A stretch of DNA of 64,000 nt from an uncultured Parachlamydiaceae bacterium (GCA_963752155.1 CAVVXH010000002.1:224001-288000); one strand, 5' to 3'. Shown: positions 50,512 through 62,267, counted from the first letter of the stretch. Notes: generated by a model not told the origin, from the letters alone. Numbers and translations are program-made.

Positions 50512-51846
50512 TTACTCCACAGAAATGATAAAATAGGCAGAAAAGGCAAAGTTGTTATTTGGGCGTTTAATTCCGTGAAGCGTAACTTCGTGTCCTACGC
50601 TATCATGAAGATTGACGCGTGTGCTGTAAAGGTAGGCAATAGGAAGAGCCGTTGAAGAACTAATCAATAAATAATCTCCAGGCTTGTTTTTCACAGTGCG
50701 AGAATATGGTTCTATCACTCCTCGCAAAGTGAATGCATCACCGAATTGGTTTTCATAAAAGTCTTGCGGAGATCCAGACCCATTTTTTGCTGACCACGTG
50801 TCATATAACGATTGTTCAATAGGAACCCATGTAGCCATCTTAGCGGTCATGGCATTCACGTTGAAGGGATCGTTCCAATTAGGTATTTTTAAGTCATTAC
50901 CACCCACTTCAGAATGATCATCAAGTGAATTCATAACAGTTTTCACAGGCTCTACAATTTCATTTGCTGGAGTTTCTTCTATTTTAGGCTGAATTTGAGG
51001 TGGAATAGAGGAAATGAGCTTAGCAGTGATTGCGCTTTGAGCCGTTTCGGCTTTGATAGCTCTGGCTTCCAAATGGGAAATTTTTTTTTCTAGATAAATT
51101 TCTTGAATATTTGCAAGTAGTTCCTTCGCTCGTTCTACACATTGAGGGAAGTCGGTGTATTCTTTAATAACTGTATTGAGGTGAGAAATGGCCTTGTTGA
51201 GGTGGATGTTTTGATAGTCTTTCTTAAGTTCTGCTTCACTTATTAAATGCGCAGAGCTGAGTAGCGTAGTGACTTCGGTGCGTCGTTTTTGTATTTCTGC
51301 CATCATGGATGGCGAACCTATATTTTCTACATATTCTTTACAGACATAAAATCGAGTTGATGCCGGAGGAGTTATTTCCAGCCATTTGCTGCTCAAAGGG
51401 CTAATGATTCCATCAACACGGTCGCCGGTATTGAGTTGTGCAATGACTGGGGCCTCTAGAGCAGGCTCCAGGCGTACATTGACACGATTACCTTCTACGA
51501 TGTTGTCCAAAACAAAAGTTCGAAAAATATAAGCATGGGTATCTGCTGGAGGCAATATAACATAGAATTCATTAGCTTCCCCTACAACGTTCAAAAGATC
51601 ATCGCGAGAAAATTCACTTAAAATTGGGGCTTCTAAGCTAGGTTGTAGACGCATTCTCACTTTGTTTCTTGTGATTTTCCCTGTAAAAGGTTCGTAGGGA
51701 CGATCGACTTTAGTAGAGTTGGAGGATGATTCCTCTTTGGTTGGTTTAATCTTGACTTCGACGGTTTCTGTATAATTGAGATGGTTTCCATCTAAGTGTT
51801 GTAGAGGTAATATAAGCAAGGCCGAAGTGAAAAAGAAATTACGCAT
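50512..51846 (-). CDS. Secreted SH3-domain protein (chlamydial CT017-like)
   Basis: PFTGKITRNKVRMR, VEGNRVNVRLEP, RPNNNFAFSAYF; signal peptide. Confidence 0.8.
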   Translation of the reverse strand: MRNFFFTSALLILPLQHLDGNHLNYTETVEVKIKPTKEESSSNSTKVDRPYEPFTGKITRNKVRMRLQPSLEAPILSEFSRDDLLNVVGEANEFYVILPPADTHAYIFRTFVLDNIVEGNRVNVRLEPALEAPVIAQLNTGDRVDGIISPLSSKWLEITPPASTRFYVCKEYVENIGSPSMMAEIQKRRTEVTTLLSSAHLISEAELKKDYQNIHLNKAISHLNTVIKEYTDFPQCVERAKELLANIQEIYLEKKISHLEARAIKAETAQSAITAKLISSIPPQIQPKIEETPANEIVEPVKTVMNSLDDHSEVGGNDLKIPNWNDPFNVNAMTAKMATWVPIEQSLYDTWSAKNGSGSPQDFYENQFGDAFTLRGVIEPYSRTVKNKPGDYLLISSSTALPIAYLYSTRVNLHDSVGHEVTLHGIKRPNNNFAFSAYFIISVE

Positions 51847-52045
51847 AAAATCTCTCTATAGAAGGGTAGATTAAGGAGGCAATGTTAAAAATGTGATTTT
51901 AGTGATTTTCTTCATTTATGACAAGAGAGGCTTGGAAAATTGCGACAATTGCGTTTTATCCTTGACAATTAACAATTTTTCCATAAAATTTTTTGTAACG
52001 GGACTTCTTTGCACAAGTGTAAGGATTAAAATTTTTAGGACAGCG

Positions 52046-52879
52046 ATGAAAAAACAATTTGAAAACTCACAAAAAAACGCAGCATTATCAGTTCTTAGGT
52101 CAGAAGAAGACTTAGACGGCAATCGTGTCATAGAGTGGATTTCCCGTTATGGGGAAAAGCTTCTTTATAGTATCTTGATCATTTTCTCTTTGCTTTTTTT
52201 AGGGTATGCATGGCAATCGGGAACCTCTACAAAAATGAAAGGGGATTACCAAGCAGCTTCTAACGAATTCCAAGCTTTCCAGAATAGCGCAAAGTTAGGT
52301 CAAACAAAGGAAATGGATGAAGCTTATCAAAGGCTGGCTCTCATCATGGATAAATTGCCGGATTTACACGCGAAATATGACGGAACCCTAGCGCAAACAT
52401 TCATCGATTTAAATGATATTAAACGTTCAATGCCATTGGCTCTTTCGACCCTTCAGCGTGTAAGCAAGGATCAGCTTCCTTTCTACGATGAGTATGCTCG
52501 GATCACTCTTTTAATCGAGGAAGGTCAATATGCAAATGCCATTCAACGTTCCAATTCCTTACAGGAAAGATTAATTCAAAATTTACAGCAGTCAGAAGAG
52601 TCCAAAACTACATCTACCACTTCAGAACCAACCTTTGGCAGCCTTCTTTTTGCCTTTAATCTTTTACGGACAGCCTTTTTAGAGCAACAAGTAGGAGATA
52701 CAACTAAGGAGCTTGAAAGTTGGAAAGAATGGAAAATGTATACTAGTTATACAAATAGACGCCCGCTTCCACCTGTCGATAGAAAAGCTTTCTTTACGAT
52801 AGATCAGTTGTACAACGAAGGGGCTCTTTCTTTGGATGGTTATATTCAAACTCGAATTGAATCTTTAGAAAAGAAATAG
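52046..52879 (+). CDS. Membrane-anchored TPR-like hypothetical protein
   Basis: ATG after AGGA; single TM LLYSILIIFSLLFLGYAW, helical remainder. Confidence 0.65.
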   Translation: MKKQFENSQKNAALSVLRSEEDLDGNRVIEWISRYGEKLLYSILIIFSLLFLGYAWQSGTSTKMKGDYQAASNEFQAFQNSAKLGQTKEMDEAYQRLALIMDKLPDLHAKYDGTLAQTFIDLNDIKRSMPLALSTLQRVSKDQLPFYDEYARITLLIEEGQYANAIQRSNSLQERLIQNLQQSEESKTTSTTSEPTFGSLLFAFNLLRTAFLEQQVGDTTKELESWKEWKMYTSYTNRRPLPPVDRKAFFTIDQLYNEGALSLDGYIQTRIESLEKK

Positions 52880-53026
52880 AAGAATTGAAGATTATTAAAC
52901 AAGATGTTATGTAAAGAAATGTGATATTTTGCTAGAATTAGTTGAATTTTGAGGTGTCCCGCTTTTAGAAATGCGGAGCCTGTCTCCCTGAAAATAGTGG
53001 AGCTTAAAGGGCCAAAAGGAGGTGAC

Positions 53027-53354
53027 ATGAGGCTATTATCGTGCTCGCAACCACAACCTTTGGGGATTTATAGAAGTAAAGTTATTAAGCTTACAACGGG
53101 CTGTTCTCGTTCGTTGTTAAGAATAGAAATTTTGAGCTGCCTTGCAAATAGGCAGATGGAGAATGATTGTGATTTCGCAACCTTGCTCATTAGGGCTTGA
53201 GGCTGAAGAAGAAGTTGATTTTGATCAGAAGGTTGAACAAACTTTAGAACTTCTTGTTAACAAGCGCTATAGTACTTCTTTGAAAGAGTCTTCAGATACA
53301 ATGGCATCAGAAGATGTTATTGAACTGGGAGGCTTTCTAACAGTTTCTTTCTAG
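53027..53354 (+). CDS. Hypothetical protein, probably one gene split by a frameshift near 53195
   Basis: Strong AGGAGGTG RBS before ATG 53027; second frame continues LEAEEEVDFDQ... to a stop followed by a terminator. Confidence 0.45.
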
Positions 53355-53373
53355 ACGAAAGAAAAGAAAATCG

Positions 53374-53411
53374 AAAGCGATGCGGAAGTAAATCTCTGCA
53401 TCGCTTTTTTT
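53374..53411 (+). terminator. Rho-independent terminator
   Basis: aaagcgatgc...gcatcgcttt followed by a T run. Confidence 0.8.
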
Positions 53412-53429
53412 ATACTAGGCTCGGTCATT

Positions 53430-54665
53430 ATGTCAACCCCACATTCTATAGCCATTATTGGCGGAGGCGCAGCCGGTTTTTTTGGTAGCATTATTGCTGC
53501 GCAAAAAGCCCCAGGTAGCTCTGTGCATCTCTATGAAAAGACAAAGCAACCTTTGGCTAAAGTGCGTATTTCAGGTGGAGGAAGATGTAATGTTACTCAT
53601 TCTTGCTTTGATCCGAACCAATTAGTTCAAAATTATCCGCGAGGAAATAAGGCTTTGCGCGGCCCTTTTTCTCGTTTTCAACCTTTAGATACAATTGAGT
53701 GGTTTAAAACTCAAGGTGTAGATCTTAAAACTGAAAGTGATGGAAGAATGTTTCCTATCACTGATAGTTCTGAAACAATAATTAGTTGCTTACTTCAGGC
53801 TGCACATAAACATGGAGTCAACGTTCATACCGGCATAGGATTAAATGCCATTATTCCGGTTCGATCGGGATTTGAACTTATATTAGGGAATGGTGAAACA
53901 GCCTTTTGCAATTGCTTGCTTTTAGCTTGCGGGAGTAACCCCAAAATTTGGGAACTTGTAAGGACATTAGGGCATACAATAGTTCCTCCTGTGCCTTCTT
54001 TATTTACATTCAATGTTCCTAATTCACCTTTAATTGAACTTGCAGGAATCTCTGTTTCTAAAGCTCATGTAAAAATCAAGGATTCCCCTTTTGAACAATT
54101 GGGTCCCTTGCTCATTACTCATTGGGGCTTTAGTGGGCCTGCAGTATTAAAGCTTTCCGCGTGGGGAGCTCGCTGGCTGAATGAAAAGCACTATAAGGGG
54201 AAAATCATTATTAATTGGCTGCCGGATTTTTCTCCGAAGGAACTCAAGGCCTTCTTCAATGACTTTAAAACTCGTTTTCCTGCTCGTTTGATCGTTAATG
54301 AAGGCCCTTTGGAACTTCCAAAAAATTTATGGAAAAAGCTCATTGATAAAGCAGGAATATCGATGACTTTACGGTGGTCTCATCTCTCTTTGGCGTTAGT
54401 GGAAAAACTTATAGAAGAGTTGTCGAGCTCTACTTTTGAGATAGACGGCAAGAGTACCTATAAGGATGAATTTGTAACCTGCGGAGGAGTGGCCTTAGAC
54501 GAAGTCAACTTTAAAACAATGGAAAGTAAGTTGCATCCCAATTTATTTTTTGCAGGAGAAATTCTCGATATTGATGGGGTGACCGGAGGATTTAATTTTC
54601 AAAATGCTTGGACGACCGGGTTTCTTGCTGGAACATCTATGGCTAAACTGGTATCATCAACGTAA
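53430..54665 (+). CDS. HI0933/YhiN family flavoprotein
   Basis: IGGGAAG, ISGGGRCNVT, DGRMFP, LITHWGFSGP, VTCGGV, GEILDIDGVTGGFNFQ. Confidence 0.93.
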   Translation: MSTPHSIAIIGGGAAGFFGSIIAAQKAPGSSVHLYEKTKQPLAKVRISGGGRCNVTHSCFDPNQLVQNYPRGNKALRGPFSRFQPLDTIEWFKTQGVDLKTESDGRMFPITDSSETIISCLLQAAHKHGVNVHTGIGLNAIIPVRSGFELILGNGETAFCNCLLLACGSNPKIWELVRTLGHTIVPPVPSLFTFNVPNSPLIELAGISVSKAHVKIKDSPFEQLGPLLITHWGFSGPAVLKLSAWGARWLNEKHYKGKIIINWLPDFSPKELKAFFNDFKTRFPARLIVNEGPLELPKNLWKKLIDKAGISMTLRWSHLSLALVEKLIEELSSSTFEIDGKSTYKDEFVTCGGVALDEVNFKTMESKLHPNLFFAGEILDIDGVTGGFNFQNAWTTGFLAGTSMAKLVSST

Positions 54666-54786
54666 ATGCTCTTGCATAGACATGGATCCGACTCCATTAT
54701 CTTCATAATATGAAATCCCGTTCTTTCCTCTTGAGAAATATATGCTCATTTAAGCATAATAAGATTAGGAAGACAAAGGACAACAA

Positions 54787-55143
54787 ATGAAACGACTTTT
54801 CTGGATTGGATCGAGCCGCGAAGACCTCAAGGAATTCCCCGATGAAGTACAAGACGAAATGGGGCATGGCTTATATCTTGCGCAAATGGGTGATAGACAT
54901 AACCATGCGAAAACTCTTAGCGGGTTAGGCAATGCCAAGGTGATCGAGCTTCGGGAAAACGACAGATCAGGAACCTATCGTGTCGTTTATACGGTTGAAA
55001 TGGCTGATTTTATTTTTGTACTGCATGCCTTTCAGAAAAAATCCAAAAGTGGCATAGCAACTCCAAAACAAGAAATTGATTTGGTTAAGCGCCGCTTAAA
55101 AGAAGCTGATGCCCTGTATAAAGAATTAAAAGGAGAAAAGTAA
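54787..55143 (+). CDS. RelE/HigB-like (Gp49 type) toxin
   Basis: WIGSSREDLKEFP, GTYRVVY, VLHAFQKKSKSGIATPK. Confidence 0.9.
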   Translation: MKRLFWIGSSREDLKEFPDEVQDEMGHGLYLAQMGDRHNHAKTLSGLGNAKVIELRENDRSGTYRVVYTVEMADFIFVLHAFQKKSKSGIATPKQEIDLVKRRLKEADALYKELKGEK

Positions 55144-55145
55144 TT

Positions 55146-55424
55146 ATGAAAAAAAAGATCGTATACGAAGAAAGCTCCGGAAACGTATTTGCTGATTTAG
55201 GTATTGAAAATCCTGAAGAAGCTTTAGCAAAATCCGAGCTAGCTCGTCAAATTACTAAACTTATTAAGAAGAAAAAACTCACTCAAAAACGAGCTGCTGA
55301 AATTTTAGGCATTGATCAACCCAAAATTTCTGCTTTGATTCGAGGAAGATTAAGAAGTTTTTCATTAGAACGTCTTATTCGTTTTCTAAATGAATTGGGA
55401 CAAGATGTTAGTATCATGATCTAG
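55146..55424 (+). CDS. XRE-family HTH antitoxin; may extend to about 55509 if one base is an error
   Basis: SSGNVFADLG, LTQKRAAEILGIDQPKISAL, FSLERL. Confidence 0.9.
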   Translation: MKKKIVYEESSGNVFADLGIENPEEALAKSELARQITKLIKKKKLTQKRAAEILGIDQPKISALIRGRLRSFSLERLIRFLNELGQDVSIMI

Positions 55425-55510
55425 TCCAGCCAAATCATGCTCAGAACGAGGTAGCACATGGATTGGAGAATCTTATTCAAACACTCGCATAGCTGCTTTA
55501 GGAAGATAAA

Positions 55511-55562
55511 AAAGGAAATACCTCAGGACGTTAGGTCAGTTATTAAAATTATTTACTAATTG
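55511..55562 (+). repeat. Orphan copy of the 3' end of the dikinase-like gene (61592-61642)
   Basis: aaaggaaatMcctcagga(c)gttaggtcagYtattaaaattatttactaattg at both sites. Confidence 0.9.
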
Positions 55563-55582
55563 AATAAAGCTGGAATACAACC

Positions 55583-56731
55583 CTATATAAGAACATGATT
55601 AGGATTTATTTGCTTAAGAAATTCTTCACAAGGCATGCAAAGAATTCCCTTTTCCATTAATGAGTAAGCACCTCGATAGAGTAAAACTGGTTTACATTCT
55701 GGATAATCTGTTTGAAAATGGAGTAGACTTCGAACATCTTTTGAATTTACTTTGCTGCCATTTTTTACTTCAATCGCCCAAAATCCATTTTCGCCATAGA
55801 TGATAAAATCAACTTCTAAGCCTGCCTTTGTTCGCCAGTAAGCAATTTGGTATTTTCCTCGCGAATAATCACACCATGCCTTGAGATGCTGAAACACTAA
55901 ACCTTCGAGAGCGAATCCATCGATTTCGGTGACAGCATCAAGCGGGCCTACACCTCGAAGAGCTCTGAAGACTCCCGCATCAAATAGATAAAATTTAGGA
56001 TGAGCCACAAGTTCTCTACAAGCTCTTTTTGTAAAAACAGGAAGTTTATAGGCTAGTAAGAGGTCTAGGAGAATTTCAATATAATCCTCAACTGTATGTC
56101 GCTTAACTTCGCATTCTTCCGCAATATTTGTCACATTTATCATAGCAGCATGGGAAAAGGCAATGACAGCTAAGAATCGAGAAAAAGCTGAAAAATCTTT
56201 GACGATTCTTTCAAATTGCACCTCTTCTTGAATGTATAACGAGACGTAAGCATCCAAAACTTCTGCCGGATCTACAGAACCCCAGACGACAGGCAACATT
56301 CCCAATTGAAGCGCTTTTTTAAGATCAAATTGATCTTCCAATTCAATCGCCATAAATGGATTCATTGATCTCTTTATTGCTCTACCTGCCAGTAGATCTA
56401 CTCCTGTTCGCTTAAGTTTCCGTGCGCTTGAGCCTGTTAGAATAAATTGAATTTCTCTCTTTTCTTCGATGATCGAGTGAATTACGGAGAGTAATTCCGG
56501 AACTTTTTGAATCTCGTCAATCATCACTATTTCAACATGTTGCGCAGCCAGTTGCTTTTTTAATATTTCTGGATTGGTTGCATACGTTCTAAAAATGTCA
56601 GGAAGCAATAGATCAATATATAGAGCCTTAGGATATTTTTTTTTAAGCCATGTGGATTTTCCCGTGCCACGTGGACCAAAGAGAAAATAGCTGCCTTTAG
56701 GTGGTGAAAAGACTCTAATGACTTCTTTCAT
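55583..56731 (-). CDS. AAA ATPase with DUF4143 domain
   Basis: FGPRGTGKST, IDEIQK, LTGSSARKL, KFYLFDAG, EVDF, AIEVK. Confidence 0.9.
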   Translation of the reverse strand: MKEVIRVFSPPKGSYFLFGPRGTGKSTWLKKKYPKALYIDLLLPDIFRTYATNPEILKKQLAAQHVEIVMIDEIQKVPELLSVIHSIIEEKREIQFILTGSSARKLKRTGVDLLAGRAIKRSMNPFMAIELEDQFDLKKALQLGMLPVVWGSVDPAEVLDAYVSLYIQEEVQFERIVKDFSAFSRFLAVIAFSHAAMINVTNIAEECEVKRHTVEDYIEILLDLLLAYKLPVFTKRACRELVAHPKFYLFDAGVFRALRGVGPLDAVTEIDGFALEGLVFQHLKAWCDYSRGKYQIAYWRTKAGLEVDFIIYGENGFWAIEVKNGSKVNSKDVRSLLHFQTDYPECKPVLLYRGAYSLMEKGILCMPCEEFLKQINPNHVLI

Positions 56732-56775
56732 GCTTAAATCCTTAAAAATTTTAGATTCAGTTTTAATCCTATGTT

Positions 56776-56859
56776 AAAAAAATGATGGATTTTTTTCAAG
56801 TTTAGTGAAAAAACGACGACTTTTTTCAGAAAAAATTTAAAAAACGACGCCTTTTTTCA
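56776..56859. promoter_or_regulatory. Three operator-like repeats upstream of the DUF4143 ATPase
   Basis: aaaaaatgatggatttttttca, aaaaaacgacgacttttttca, aaaaaacgacgccttttttca, about 31 nt apart. Confidence 0.6.
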
Positions 56860-56887
56860 TTATGAAGGGGGATGAAGTATAGGAAAA

Positions 56888-57310
56888 ATTAAACACAAAG
56901 CGAGACAGTTGCCTGTGGCGCCCCTTACAGGGAAATAACAAATTTTTAAAGCGCCTTGCCATTGGTTCCAGACCTGATATTCTGACATTTGCCTAAAATG
57001 ACAACGTAATCTCCCAGGAGGGCAAATGTCAGAATATCAGGTCTGGAACCAAGGCCAGAACGTTACCTCTCAGAATTAAGTATCTTGTTATTAATTGAAA
57101 ACAACGCTTCTTTCAGTTGCGTAAATCTTGTGGGTAATGTTCTGGCCTTGGTTCCAGACCTGACATTCTGACATTTGCCCTTTAGGAAGCAATGTTATCG
57201 CATCGGCAAATGTCAGAATATCAGGTCAGGCACCAATGGCAAGGCGCTTTAAAAATTTGTTATTTCCCAATAGGGGGCGCCACAGGCAACTGTCTCGCTT
57301 TGTGTTTAAT
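56888..57310. repeat. Palindromic element family A, copy 3 (inverted relative to copies 1 and 2)
   Basis: Complete terminal inverted repeats; spacers are reverse complements of copy 1. Confidence 0.95.
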
Positions 57311-57438
57311 TTTTCTTAGTATTCCGCATCAGCCGATTTTGTTATTCAGGAGTTAAAATTTCCTGCTAATTCTATTGATTTTTATTAAATTTTAAATTAA
57401 AATGATTACATACATTTTTTTATTTTAAGAGGTTTTAA

Positions 57439-60400
57439 GTGATAAATTCAGATATAAATATAGTAAAACTAAATAATTTTAATTTTTTAGAAAAACAATC
57501 TATAGAAAGTAATGTTGATTCATTTCACGAATTTTTGCCCTTCTCCTTTCTGGAATCTCAAACAGCAACCTTAAAAGAACATGTAGAAAAATTCCAGAAA
57601 CTTCTTTTAAAAGGATCCAATTCAGCAGATGAAAAGATTATTACCTATGAAGAAAAACTTGAGAAGCTACTTCCATTATTTAAAAACAGATTAAATTTAA
57701 ATGTTAATTTAAAGAATTATGGAAATAAACATTATAATCTAATAAATCTTGAACGTTTATTTTCACATTTAGAGTTAAAGGGGATTTTTTTGCCTATTCC
57801 GGTAGGTCTGGAAAGTGACCTTGTAGAAAGTTTTTTAAAATTAAGTAAACCTGAAATTTTTATTCAAAGGAATTTTTTAGCTGAAAAGGTTAAGGAGTAT
57901 CGGCAAGCCTCTACATCATCTAACTTTTTTGATGATCCAGAAGTAAAAAAATCTCTCACTATAATCCAATTGGCTATAACGGAAGCTTTTTTTGAAAGTA
58001 AGGATCATACGAGCCATCCTCTGGTGACTAAAGCGATTGCCAAACAACTTGAGGGGATAAAACAAAGCCAAAGCTATCTTATGGTTCGGAGTACAGGAAG
58101 AGAAGACATAAGAGAAGACACGGATCAAAGTTCTAATGCTGGAGGAAATGTTAGCAAGGCATACGTATTACCGGACGAAGCGCCCTTTTTATCAGCAGTT
58201 GAGGAGGTTATCCATTCCTATTTCAGTGAAACTTCGCTTAAAAATTGCATCAATGCTGGACAAAATCCTTTTGAAGGAAAACCCGAACTTGCAGTAACGA
58301 CGCAAGAGTTAAGTAGGGTGAGCCTGTAGGAGGTTCTACAGTTAAAGAACAAATCCCTATTTCTTTAGTTTTATATAGTTTGGTGCCGATCTATGTTAAT
58401 GGCGAAAAATTTAGGGTAATGAAGGTTAGCGCTGTTCTCGGCCATGGGGAAGCTGTCGTCAATGATGAGGGGATAGGATGTGATACAGCTTTAATTCTCA
58501 TCTCGGAATCTCATCCAGGGGAAATATATATCCGCTACAGCAATCAAGAAAAACCTTTTCGCTTAGGTCCCGTAGGGGATGAAAAAGGAAACATCTCTCT
58601 TAAATCCATTGAAAATCCTGAAGAGCTTAAGAGGGCTCCTATTCTTTCTAAGGAAATGTTGGGACGTCTTTACCACTTAGGCGTCATCACTGAAAAATTT
58701 TTCGACAATTGCCCAGTTGACATGGAAATTGTTATAAAAAATGGTTTGATCCACCCTGTGCAGGCTCGCAAGCTGAAAGAAAATATTCTACTTCCATCAT
58801 ATATTGACTTTGACAAAGTTTGTTTGCTTGAACCTTCTCCCATCGAAAAAGAAGTCAAGGTAGAAAGAATATTATCTGGCAAGGCTTCCGTGATATCGAT
58901 CACTCACCCCGAACAAGTTTGCCATGCTTCAACTCTAGCCAGTGCTGTTAAAAATTATAACGCCGCAGTCCATCGCCTTGTCATTGTTGACCGTCCTGAA
59001 TCAACAGAGTGTTCTCATGCGATCGCTCAATTCAATGAAGCGAATATTCCTTGTCTTTATGCAATCCATCCGGCAGATCTCTCCGCAATGGTTTCAGAAA
59101 TTAGCGTAGAGAAACCTTTGGTGGTTTGCATTCAAACTCCAAGATTGTTTTTATGGAACTCTCAGAAGTCAAAGATGGAAAAATTTTTATTGGAAGGCTT
59201 TACGGAGCATCCAGCACAGATTCCTTCTTCACTCTTCATTTCAAAAACAATTCAGCAAGATCCTTTAGCTCGATTAGTCATTGCTGAAGATTTAAAGCGA
59301 TTGTTGTTGGAGATTCGGACAGAAAAGTGTCACGAAGTCGTTTTAAAGAAAATAGAAGAACTCAAAAAAAGTTTCCATATTGCAGCTTTAAGATCAAAAC
59401 GTAAAGCTCTTAAGGAAATAGTGAAAGGGCATTCGTTATTTCCTGACGACATCGAATCAGCCTATAAAATTCTCAAAGCAATTGAGAAAAGTGTCGATAG
59501 GGCATTTGAAGAGCTTGAAGGGGCCTGGAGAAATAAAGGCAACGGCGAAAGACTTAGAGTTTTATTTCATACTAAAGCATTAGAAGTTTGCCTTCTCGGA
59601 AGAACTAGAAAACATAATGCTCTGCATGAATATTCTGTTATGGATGCCTCCTCCATTTATGAGTCTGCTATGGCTCTTAACTCGTATCAAAAAATGTTTA
59701 CCTATCCGGTACATTTGGCTGATATGGTGAGCGAAGGCTGGCAGTCTTCCGATGAAGGCATCAGAGAAGATTGGTTATCTTTTTTAAAAAAGATGGAACC
59801 TTTGATTGAAAATCAAACAATTCCTAAAGAGAAGATTGATCAACTTAAATTTCTTGTGAAAACGCTTAAAGAAACCCAACTGTTCTCCCCTTGGCTTACC
59901 CTTGAGTTTCCCAAAGTGCATGAGAGTCATCCAAAAGAAAAATTGATGCGCCTTCTTGCGACATTCCCTGACGGGGAGCATACCGCAGTTCATTATTGGA
60001 TCGATAAGTTGGTTTCAATAAAAGCTATGAAGCAAAGAATAGGTCGTATGGCGACTCCTGAATTATTCAATGATGAATGGGAAAAACTAAGAAATTTTAT
60101 CGCTCAATTCTCTCTTGGCAAGGAGGAATATTCTTTAGATGTACTTTTAAAAACACATTCCCCTGTGACATGTTCTATTGCTCTCAAGGCATTTCTTGAA
60201 GTCGTTGAATTAGTCGATTGCTCCATTAAAGCTATGAAAGGCAATCCTGATTGGCCAAGAGAACGAAAATTGATCGTTTTTAAGGAGATGCTCCGTTCAT
60301 ATCTAGATTTGTTAGAGAATTGCTTTTTAAAGCTATTAAATCCTGCAGAGCTCAAGCTGCATGAAAAATGGCCTCTTGAAGCTTATATAATGAAATTGCG

Positions 60401-61646
60401 AGAACTTTTGGATCTGATGCCTGTTGATGATCCGGCTTCTTTATTTGCTTCAAAAAATTTTAGTGTGTTTGCTGCGGTTTTGGGGCCCCATGCTTTCGAT
60501 CGCCATTTTCCGAAGACCCTTGAAGATCTATTTACGTTGATCCATCAAAACTTTTTGATGGGATTATCGCATATTTATCAAAAGCAATATTCAGATCAAA
60601 TGCTTTTAGATGCCCCCTTGCCGAACTTGCTCAAAGAGGCTATTGAAAGGATTCCTAAAATTGTACAGGAAAAATTAAATCTTTCGGGTGATAAATTGGA
60701 AAATGCCGTCCACCGCCTTGGAATAGAGATGACTCCTCAGGCCACCAATTTTATCTTAAATATTACCTTGCGCAACCATAGTGCAAAACTTGATATTTCT
60801 TATGATGCTATCAAAAAGTCGATCACGATTAAGACGTTTCTTCTTGGTGATGCTCGTAGAAGATGGGGGATGAATAAGGCGATTGTATCGTTATTACACG
60901 ACCAGAAGATTCTCAATCAAAAAGAAGCTGCCTTCCTCAGTGCACAAGAAGTTTCATTTAGTTGGGAAATTAACGACGTAGAAGGTTTGGATATTGCTTT
61001 AGAAGAGTTGTTAGCGATTGCCAATAAAAGCCTCGTTGGGCGTGGTGTACGTCGTGATCCACAATTCATAGATCTATTAGAGAGAAGAAAATTGATGGAA
61101 ACAGATCAAGATGTTGCGTCGTTAATCCATTTTGCAAAACAATCTTTCAAGACAGATGAATGGACTGCTAATGCAGGCTCTTTAAAAGTACTTTTAGCAT
61201 TAGTTGAAAAGAAGCATGCTTTTCGAGTCGCTGAAAAATATGCGATAAAAGGGATGAAACATGAGGACCTCTTTGTGCGTAGATCCGCTCTCCAGCTTTT
61301 AGAAGGATTGGTTAATCAAGGGGAAGGATTAGAAACAGCTAAACAGTATGCTCTAAATGAAGTGCATACCCTTCAAAAGATTCCGGATCCGGATATAGAT
61401 CTTCGTCTTTTTTCTTTGGATCTATGTAAAGCATTAGCTTTTGAAACATTAAAAAGAACTTCTGAGGATAAGCTATCTCCAGAAATTAACGAAAGATATT
61501 TAGCTCTAAGCAAGATTGAGGCTAAAATCTATTCCCTTGAAAATATAGTTGAGTTTTTAAAGGAAGCTATAAACGAGCTATATGAAGACGGAAAGGAAAT
61601 CCCTCAGGAGTTAGGTCAGCTATTAAAATTATTTACTAATTGTTAA
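57439..61646 (+). CDS. Large PEP-synthase/dikinase-like protein (ATP-grasp, phospho-His module, unknown C-terminal domain), split near 58310-58380
   Basis: YGNK, LMVRSTGRED, NAGG, QEL, GHGEAVV, PVDMEIV...QAR, CSHAIA across two ORFs; intervening frame reads GEPVGGS. Confidence 0.7.
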
Positions 61647-61655
61647 AGTATGGAT

Positions 61656-62057
61656 GCGAGATAGTTGTCTCCGGCGCCCCTATCGGGAAATAACAAATTT
61701 TTAAAGCGCCTTGCCATTGGTGCCTGACCTGATATTCTGACATTTGCCTACAATGATAACGTAACCTCCCAGGAGGGCAAATGTCAGAATGTCAGGTCTG
61801 GAACCAAGGCCAAACGTTACCTCTTAGGATTAAGTATCTTGTTATTAATTGAAAACAACGCTTCTTTCAGTTGCGTAAATCTTGGGGGTAATGTTCCGAC
61901 CTTGGTTCCAGACCTGCCATTCTGACATTTGCCCTTTAGGAAGCAATGTTATCGCATCGGCAAATGTCAGAATATCAGGTCAGGCACCAATGGCAAGGCG
62001 CACTTTAACTGTAAGATCTCTTTGTGCTCTTTGTGCCTTCGTGCCTTTGCGTTTAAT
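61656..62057. repeat. Palindromic element family A, copy 4 (inverted; right end carries half of the copy 1 inner hairpin)
   Basis: Same four-unit core; taagatctctttgtgctctttgtgccttcgtgcc before gcgtttaat. Confidence 0.93.
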
Positions 62058-62267
62058 CTTTCCTATACTTCATACCCTAATATCGCAGCATCTTTCTTCC
62101 CAATAGGGGGCTGTGCTTTAGCCTATCTGGCTTTGTGTTGAATATTCCCTAAACATATAGGTAATAGGACGGCTGAAATCAGTAGAATTGCTGGACGTAA
62201 AAAGCAAGATCATATACAAATGAACATCAAGTGCATTGAAAATTTCCCGCAAGGACTTTGTATTCCT

